A stretch of 14,892 bases of DNA, from the NCBI GenBank assembly GCA_043813605.1, contig JBDRKX010000061.1:1-14892 (forward strand). Reading direction: 5' to 3'. Origin of the DNA: Elusimicrobiota bacterium (GTDB lineage: Bacteria > CG03 > SLGR01 > JBDRKX01). This document shows positions 8,936 through 14,892 of this stretch, one piece after another. Position 1 is the stretch's first letter; each line of letters begins with the position of its first letter. The notes below the pieces were generated by a model. The model did no database searches. It saw nothing but the letters and a program-made list of their open reading frames with translations, and was not told the origin of the DNA. Made by a program: the position numbers and the translations under genes.

Positions 8936-10402
8936 ATGCAGAATAATAAGATTAAAAGAATAATATACATACTGCTGATCCTTGCAGCGGCTGCGGGAAA
9001 CGGTTTTGCTGAAGATGTGTCATTTGATGACGCCCGGTATGTTGCAGCTGTGCATTCCGGACTGGGTTATTCACAGAGGTTGAATTCCGGCGCGGGTTAC
9101 ATACCCGATTATTCGGTAAAAGAGATAAAATACCTTAAACATCAGGATACAGGCGAAACGCTTGCCTATGTAGCGGAACTTGACCCTAAAGGTTTCATCG
9201 TGCTTGCGAAAGATGATTCAATAACTCCGGTAATAGCGTATTCATTCAATAATAATTTTAGTTATTCAGAAGATCAGAACAATATTATGCTGTATATGCT
9301 CAGGCAGGATATGGAGAAACGCCTTGAAGCTATACCTCTTTTTTCTGAAGCGCGTAAAGAGGAAAACCGGAAAAAATGGGATGATTATCTTTCCCGTCAG
9401 GATTATCTTGGAACTCTAAGAGCGGTACAGCAGTGGCCTTCTAATGATGATACGGGTTACCTGGACACAACCTGGCAACAGGGTCCGCCGTATAACGAAC
9501 TCTGTCCCATGGACGGAGCACTAAGTTCCATAGCGGGGTGCGCGGCGACAGCCATGGCCCAGGTCGTCTATTATAATCAATACCCGCCCAGTATTCAGCT
9601 GACTTCAGGCGATGCATACACTACTTTGACCAAGGGTATCAATGTCAGTTCATTTGATACGGTGAACAACCGGCTGAACAGCATAAGTTACGTTTCTACT
9701 TCCGATACTCTGGCTGCTGCATTGAGTTTCGCATGCGGGGTCTTACTGGAAATGGATTATACGGCAGATTTGTCCGGCGCGCATCTCTATAGTGAGACTT
9801 TTACCATCGACCTTGCTTATAAGGATGCTGAAAAACTAATGGGAGATGCGACAAACTTCTATATAGTTCTTGAAGAAAATATGAAGACCGAGCGCCCGGC
9901 TCTGCTTGCAATATATAAGGGAATGAGTTCCGGTCACGCTATTGTTGCGGACGGGTATCGTTCTAACGGCGAATATCATTTGAATTTCGGATGGGGCGCT
10001 ACTTCACCTGATTCAATGAGTGAATGCTGGTATACTCTCCCTTCCGGTATGCCAGACAGTTATAATACGCTCTACTACGGCATAGTAAATATTACGGTGC
10101 CTACAGGAAATCCTTATAACCAGTATGAAGAGTCTATAAGTTATCCTAATCCTTTCAGGGTAAGCAGTGTGAATTCTGTAATAATAACTATTTCTGATGC
10201 TATTGAGGGGTATGTTGATAAAGTATCCATATATACATTATCGGGGAACCTGGTAAGAGAAATAGACGGTGAAAACGATTATAAAGTAGACTGGAACGGG
10301 AAAAACAGTTCCGGGAATAAATGTGCGCCGGGACTGTATTTCTATGTGATAAAGACGACTGAGAAAGAAGTCTACAGAGGGAAAATTACGGTATTGGATT
10401 GA
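8936..10402 (+). CDS. Exported C10 (streptopain/SpeB-like) cysteine peptidase with Spi-like prodomain and C-terminal FlgD-Ig/T9SS-CTD-like domain
   Basis: Prodomain GFIVLAKDD...PVIAYS. Catalytic domain WQQGPPYNELCP, AGCAATAMAQV (C202), GHAIVADGY (H334), YHLNFGWG. C-terminal SYPNPFR...IYTLSGNLVR...WNGKNSSG...PGLYFY...GKITVLD. Confidence 0.92.
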   Translation: MQNNKIKRIIYILLILAAAAGNGFAEDVSFDDARYVAAVHSGLGYSQRLNSGAGYIPDYSVKEIKYLKHQDTGETLAYVAELDPKGFIVLAKDDSITPVIAYSFNNNFSYSEDQNNIMLYMLRQDMEKRLEAIPLFSEARKEENRKKWDDYLSRQDYLGTLRAVQQWPSNDDTGYLDTTWQQGPPYNELCPMDGALSSIAGCAATAMAQVVYYNQYPPSIQLTSGDAYTTLTKGINVSSFDTVNNRLNSISYVSTSDTLAAALSFACGVLLEMDYTADLSGAHLYSETFTIDLAYKDAEKLMGDATNFYIVLEENMKTERPALLAIYKGMSSGHAIVADGYRSNGEYHLNFGWGATSPDSMSECWYTLPSGMPDSYNTLYYGIVNITVPTGNPYNQYEESISYPNPFRVSSVNSVIITISDAIEGYVDKVSIYTLSGNLVREIDGENDYKVDWNGKNSSGNKCAPGLYFYVIKTTEKEVYRGKITVLD

Positions 10403-10403
10403 A

Positions 10404-11438
10404 ATGAGTGTTATTAAACGCATTTTATTATTCGCTTTGCTTGTAACAGTTTTGTCCCCGGGTATATCCGAAGCATATAATTACGGTACAGCCGGAGCGC
10501 AGATACTGGATCTGCACACGTCGGCAAGGATTATCGCCATGGGCGATGCCGGAGTAGGTCTTGCCGACGATCTTAATGCTGTGGTCTATAATCCTGCAGG
10601 ATTGATATGTCTCTCCGGAACCGATATACAGGCAACTCATATGATCTACTATGTGGGTACTAACATGGATTCATTAACGGTTGGAAGAAAAATAAGGAAT
10701 ATAGGAGTAGCTGTTAAATGGAAATATTTCTATACCGGGGATTCTATAAGAAGTGACGACGGGACTAAGACAAACAGTTATGATATATCGTTTGCTCAAT
10801 ATACAGCCGGATTCGGCGCCCCGCTTAATGATAAACACAGTGTAGGAGTTTCTATTAAGGCAGTAACGGAAAAAATATATACCGAGTCCGGGAGTACTAT
10901 AGGAGCTGATATAGGATGGTATTTCAATACGCATGGAGTAAAAACCGGCAGTATAAACCGCGGCAGAAGAAATGCGCTTATGAAACCGGACGGAAACTAC
11001 AGGGATTATACCCGTTTTGTGGACCTCCATAATCTGCAAGAAAAAGCAGAAAGAAGATTTATGGGCGGCCGGCGGATGAGACATTCTTTTGGAGCTGTGA
11101 TAAGGAATATCGGCGGAAAGATTGAGACAGTATCGGGTAAATCCAGCAGTCTGCCGCTTGTTTTTGCTGCGGGAGCTGCCCATGAATTAAATTATTTTGG
11201 CGGTATTACAGCTGTCTGGGAAGCATTTACAGGCGTAGAGTCTGCTGTCGGGTTTAAATGCGGTATTGAGACGCAAATAGAAAGCTTTAAAGCCAGACTG
11301 GGATTTAATTATACTACTCAGCCTGATTTTATGGCGGGTTTTGGTATCCCTCAGAATAATTGGCGTATTGATTATGCGCTTACGCGTCACTGGGAGTTGG
11401 GGCTGGCACACCGTATAACAGTGGGAGTCGATTTTTAG
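10404..11438 (+). CDS. PorV/PorQ-like outer-membrane beta-barrel, paralog of 7969..8877, with an Arg-rich insertion
   Basis: Motifs YGTAGAQIL, SARIIAMGDAGVGLADDLNAVVYNPAGL, QYTAGFG, DIGW, IRNIGG, WRIDYA...LGLAHRITVGVDF. Confidence 0.85.
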   Translation: MSVIKRILLFALLVTVLSPGISEAYNYGTAGAQILDLHTSARIIAMGDAGVGLADDLNAVVYNPAGLICLSGTDIQATHMIYYVGTNMDSLTVGRKIRNIGVAVKWKYFYTGDSIRSDDGTKTNSYDISFAQYTAGFGAPLNDKHSVGVSIKAVTEKIYTESGSTIGADIGWYFNTHGVKTGSINRGRRNALMKPDGNYRDYTRFVDLHNLQEKAERRFMGGRRMRHSFGAVIRNIGGKIETVSGKSSSLPLVFAAGAAHELNYFGGITAVWEAFTGVESAVGFKCGIETQIESFKARLGFNYTTQPDFMAGFGIPQNNWRIDYALTRHWELGLAHRITVGVDF

Positions 11439-11603
11439 ATGAAATCACAGAATTCCAAATTCGTATATGCATTGATTATTTTTGCAGTTATCACCGGTTG
11501 GATATATATGCTGTTTGTGCCTTCTTATAATATAAAGAACAACCTGGAACTTAATTCAAATTATTATCCGGGAATTACGGAAGAATCCGTCGCTGACAGA
11601 TGA
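11439..11603 (+). CDS. Small single-pass membrane protein (54 aa), absent from the ORF track
   Basis: ATG directly abuts the upstream TAG. Translation MKSQNSKFVYALIIFAVITGWIYMLFVPSYNIKNNLELNSNYYPGITEESVADR has a basic N-terminus, one ~20-aa hydrophobic helix and a polar tail. Confidence 0.6.
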   Translation: MKSQNSKFVYALIIFAVITGWIYMLFVPSYNIKNNLELNSNYYPGITEESVADR

Positions 11604-11673
11604 ACCTTGCCCGGTTGGAGAGAATTTTTTCAGCATATTGGTATCGTAGCTGTTTCCTTAGGAATAAAACAAA

Positions 11674-14577
11674 GTGAAAAAAGACCCTTTTCTGATAACA
11701 ATAATCAAATGGGGATGCTGGGCTTATGTTGCCGGTGTCGGGGTAGCGAATATAATAGGCCCGCAGGAACACGAATTCATGGTAAAGATGTGGATCCTGA
11801 GCGGGACTTTTTTTTTCCTGTCCGTATATCTTAACTTTGCTTCAAAGGAACTGGTCAAATACACGCTGATACCTGCAGTAATGGTTTTCGGACTGGCTAC
11901 ATACCAGTGGAAATTCGATACTTCCAACCCTGATCACGTGTTGAACACGGTTAAACCGGGGATCTGGCAGAAGAAAACTGTACGGGGGGTAATAGTGGAA
12001 GACCCCGACGTGAGAGATGAGATAACACATCTTAAGATCAAGCCGTATGAGATATCCAGGGGTCCGGATAAAAAAGAAGGATTCAGAAAGCTTCAGGGAA
12101 GAACAGGTTATATGATAGCATTTGTCTCCAAAAGGATAAGAGAAAATAACTCTTATTACGATGATATGGAGTACGGAGATATGGTGGAAATTTCAGGTCC
12201 GCTCACTGAACCCATGAGACTTACTAATCCTTTCGGTTTTGATTATGCCAAGTACCTTCTAAACAAAGGTATATATGCCAGCATGTATATAGGTGATGCC
12301 CGGAAGATAAGTTTTGCCGGGAAAAGTGAACTTGGCGCTTTCGGAAAAATAAAAAAATATGCTTTCAGACTGAAAGACAAGCTTATACTGGGAATAAAAA
12401 AGACTATACCTCCGCCGCATTCCGCTTTTATCGGAGGGGTTACTGTAGGAGCCCGGGGCGGTGTGCCCGAGATCATGAAATATGATTTTCAATCGACAGG
12501 TGTCGCGCACGTCCTTGCGTTATCCGGTTTGCATGTAGGGTTCCTGGCATTTATGCTGATAATGGTCTTTTCAAACCTCTTTAAATCAAGGACTTTTTTC
12601 TACAGGTTCCCGTCGAAACTTTTTGGCAGGGAAGTGGATCTGACCCCGTATTCGGGTAAGCTTATACCTCTGTTCGTGGGCGGAGTCCTGTTTATGTTTG
12701 TAGTGATAACCGGCGCGCGCCCGGCGACTGTCAGGGCGGCCATGATGTATACGATAGGTATAGTCTTCTATTTCTGGCTCGGGATGAATGTGCGGCGTTC
12801 AGGAAGTATCACAATACCTATATCAGCTGCAATAATGCTTTCTTTTAATTCTTTTCTTGTATACGATGCTTCATTTGCTCTTTCTTTTGCCGCAGTCTGG
12901 TCGATAATATATCTGACAGATCCGCTGCGGCGGGTGTTCACCAGCGCCATAGCCGGTTGGGGACAGGTCGTATTTCTGATCTTCCTGATACCGGGTATGG
13001 CTTTACTCGTCGTTTCACCCGCGAGATACACGGATATGGGTTTTGTCAGAGCATCTGTTTTAGTATTTGTTCTGGCCGTTATTTCAGCATACTGGCTTGA
13101 GAAAAAATATCCGCTTAGAGGTTTTGAGTTTGAAGGCTGGTGGCCCTATATCTCAGGTTTTTTCTGTGTGCAGTTATCAATACAGATAGGCATGATGTGG
13201 CCGCTTTCCGGTGTCTATTTCGGCAGGTTCCCGATTGCCGGTATAATAGCTAATTTTATTGCGATACCGCTTATCGGTATAATAGTGCCCCTGGGAATAC
13301 TGGGGGAAATCTTTACTCTCGTCCCCGGTATCGGCCAGCAGATAGGACTTGCAATAGGCGCCACAAATACTCTTTTTTCCGGTTTTTTCCTGTGGATGGC
13401 CAGATTTTTCCGGACATATTTTCCTTATCCCGTACAGTCGATACCGTCAACCGGTACACTCGTCATCTATTATCTGGTAGTCATGATATTCGCGTTTAAC
13501 AGGGAAATAAGAGATATACTGACAAATCGCCTTAGACTGCCGCGCCGGCCGGCAAAATGGGTGGTGGCAGGACTGATGCTTTTCCTGCCTGTTTCAGGTG
13601 CGATCACGAAATCCATGCGGGTAAACCCTGCAATAAAAGATAAAGAACTGCTGGTGACTTTGCTTGATGTGGGTTACGGGAACTGCGTGCTGATACAGAC
13701 ACCGGGCGGGTATAATATCCTGCTTGATGGAGGTATAAGGGGAGATGAATGCTACTGGACCATGGGTAAATGGGGTAAAGGAGCGAGTGTTATAATACCC
13801 AATATGGCCGGGTACAACATTTTAAAACTCGATAAGATAGTGCTTACTAATCCTCTGCCGGAAAACGCCGGCGGCCTGATCTATATAGTAGAACATTTCA
13901 GGATAAATGAAATATGGGATACGCTTGATCCTGATCTGTTCAGGAAGAGTATAAGTTATGATAAATTCATTGACAGGGTACACGATATAAGGATGGACTT
14001 TTTCCGTGATAGGCCCGTATCAATAGGAACATACCTGAATTACTATGATTTTATAGATACATGTTTCAGCCGCGGCCGGCGGCAATGGCTCTACGAAGGA
14101 ATCGTGCTCCATAAGGAACAATTGGGTGACAGGGCGCTCGAATTGAGTGTTATCAATCCACCCCGTGAGCGTATTCGCGGCACTGAGAGCGATCTGATGA
14201 ATAATTCAGCTGTTATCAGGCTGACCTACGGGGACCGGTCGTTTCTCTTTCCATCCAATATCCTTAGTGAGTCCGAAGGAGACCTTGTGGCAAGGTATGG
14301 AGATAAACTGAAATCTGATGTGCTCTTGATCCCTGACCACGGCAGTACAATGGCTTCATCAGATATTTTTATCGAAAAAGTGAGGCCTTCATTTGCAGTG
14401 CTCCAGTACGGTTATCTGAAAGACAGGAGTCCCCAGGAATCAGAAGTAAGCAGGACATTGAAAAAATATAAAAAAAGAGGGACGAAAATCTACAGGACGG
14501 ATGAAACCGGGGCAGTAGAGATCAGATGTAACGGCAGGCGTATCAAGATCGATACGGTACTCGGGGAAAAGAAATGA
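11674..14577 (+). CDS. comEC: DNA internalization competence protein ComEC/Rec2 (OB/DUF4131 + Competence + degenerate MBL domain)
   Basis: OB region (GVIVEDP...YGDMVEISG...NPFGFDYAKYL). Competence motifs TGVAHVLALSGLHVG, GARPATVRAAMM, DASFALSFAAV, ANFIAIP. MBL fold LDVGYGNCVLI...LLDGG, NNSAVIRL, IYRTDETGAV. GTG start with AGGA upstream and an in-frame TAA at 11665. Confidence 0.95.
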   Translation: MKKDPFLITIIKWGCWAYVAGVGVANIIGPQEHEFMVKMWILSGTFFFLSVYLNFASKELVKYTLIPAVMVFGLATYQWKFDTSNPDHVLNTVKPGIWQKKTVRGVIVEDPDVRDEITHLKIKPYEISRGPDKKEGFRKLQGRTGYMIAFVSKRIRENNSYYDDMEYGDMVEISGPLTEPMRLTNPFGFDYAKYLLNKGIYASMYIGDARKISFAGKSELGAFGKIKKYAFRLKDKLILGIKKTIPPPHSAFIGGVTVGARGGVPEIMKYDFQSTGVAHVLALSGLHVGFLAFMLIMVFSNLFKSRTFFYRFPSKLFGREVDLTPYSGKLIPLFVGGVLFMFVVITGARPATVRAAMMYTIGIVFYFWLGMNVRRSGSITIPISAAIMLSFNSFLVYDASFALSFAAVWSIIYLTDPLRRVFTSAIAGWGQVVFLIFLIPGMALLVVSPARYTDMGFVRASVLVFVLAVISAYWLEKKYPLRGFEFEGWWPYISGFFCVQLSIQIGMMWPLSGVYFGRFPIAGIIANFIAIPLIGIIVPLGILGEIFTLVPGIGQQIGLAIGATNTLFSGFFLWMARFFRTYFPYPVQSIPSTGTLVIYYLVVMIFAFNREIRDILTNRLRLPRRPAKWVVAGLMLFLPVSGAITKSMRVNPAIKDKELLVTLLDVGYGNCVLIQTPGGYNILLDGGIRGDECYWTMGKWGKGASVIIPNMAGYNILKLDKIVLTNPLPENAGGLIYIVEHFRINEIWDTLDPDLFRKSISYDKFIDRVHDIRMDFFRDRPVSIGTYLNYYDFIDTCFSRGRRQWLYEGIVLHKEQLGDRALELSVINPPRERIRGTESDLMNNSAVIRLTYGDRSFLFPSNILSESEGDLVARYGDKLKSDVLLIPDHGSTMASSDIFIEKVRPSFAVLQYGYLKDRSPQESEVSRTLKKYKKRGTKIYRTDETGAVEIRCNGRRIKIDTVLGEKK

Positions 14578-14892
14578 AGAAACGGATATTATTTTTCTTA
14601 GAAAAATTAACCGGCATACTGAACCATATATACAGCTATTTTTTCCGGGGAAGAGTGACAATGAGTCATTCCAGGTATAATATGTATAATATCTGTCCGT
14701 TGAAATACAAATTATATTATGAAGATGGATTAAAGAATTTCCCTTCGTCGCATCTGCATCTGGGAAGCGTGGTCCACGCTGCCCTGAAGGAATACCATGA
14801 AAAGTTCGATATGAAGGGGAAACAGGGTACTCTGAGTGACCTGTTGGGTATTTATCAAAATTCCTGGGATGAAGTTAAAGAAGAGATGATAG
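14574..14892 (+). CDS. PD-(D/E)XK nuclease family protein (RecB/AddB C-terminal-like, PDDEXK_1), 3'-truncated by the window
   Basis: Open frame from ATG 14574 (ATGA overlap with the comEC stop; alternative ATG 14661) to the window end. The translation includes MSHSRYNMYNICPLKYKLYYEDG...LHLGSVVHAALKEY, matching the S-x-S...CP...G..vH..L N-terminal signature. Catalytic motifs lie outside the window. Confidence 0.8.
   Translation, partial: MKKRILFFLEKLTGILNHIYSYFFRGRVTMSHSRYNMYNICPLKYKLYYEDGLKNFPSSHLHLGSVVHAALKEYHEKFDMKGKQGTLSDLLGIYQNSWDEVKEEMI

Noticed and set aside
1130..11438. Assigning gene symbols porV, porQ, fadL or comEA
   Set aside because: Family-level motifs are clear, but orthology cannot be set by eye and no T9SS core genes are in the window.
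8880..11670. Apparently lower GC across the C10 cassette as a sign of horizontal transfer
   Set aside because: Only spot-checked on a few lines. No integrase, transposase or att-like boundary was seen, so support is insufficient.
11607..11834. 75-aa + strand ORF overlapping the comEC start
   Set aside because: TTG start, overlaps comEC by ~160 nt out of frame, and has no recognisable features.
753..14661. Numerous minus-strand ORFs of 60-170 aa in the track
   Set aside because: All lie antisense to well-supported + strand genes and show no recognisable motifs; treated as shadow ORFs.
14574..14892. Cas4 / CRISPR interpretation of the nuclease
   Set aside because: No repeat-spacer array or other cas gene is in the window, and the visible motif is generic to PD-(D/E)XK nucleases.
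1..14892. DNA uptake sequences (Neisseria DUS, Pasteurellaceae USS) and frequent CCGG
   Set aside because: No full DUS or USS was noticed by eye (only a partial gccgtct near 906). CCGG frequency is explicable by Pro/Gly/Ala codon use; no k-mer count was run.

Overview
One co-directional (+ strand), tightly packed cluster from a diderm bacterium. The PorV-like barrels plus FlgD-Ig/YPNP C-terminal domains suggest an FCB-associated or Elusimicrobia-like lineage, which is inference only. Gene order: lamin-tail(LTD)-CTD protein; PorV/PorQ-like barrel fused to two ComEA helix-hairpin-helix (HhH) domains; a protein with two HhH domains followed by a large predicted barrel; a FadL/PorV-family barrel; S8 subtilase-CTD; PorV-like barrel; C10 cysteine peptidase-CTD; PorV-like barrel with an Arg-rich insert; an unannotated 54-aa single-TM protein; ComEC whose metallo-beta-lactamase metal ligands are mostly substituted; and a translationally coupled PD-(D/E)XK nuclease that runs off the window. 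The most interesting reading is a candidate DNA-uptake system with ComEA domains built into outer-membrane barrels, interleaved with repeated 'CTD cargo + own PorV-like barrel' pairs. No pilus, secretin or T9SS core gene lies in this window. All family calls come from motif recognition by eye; no searches were run.
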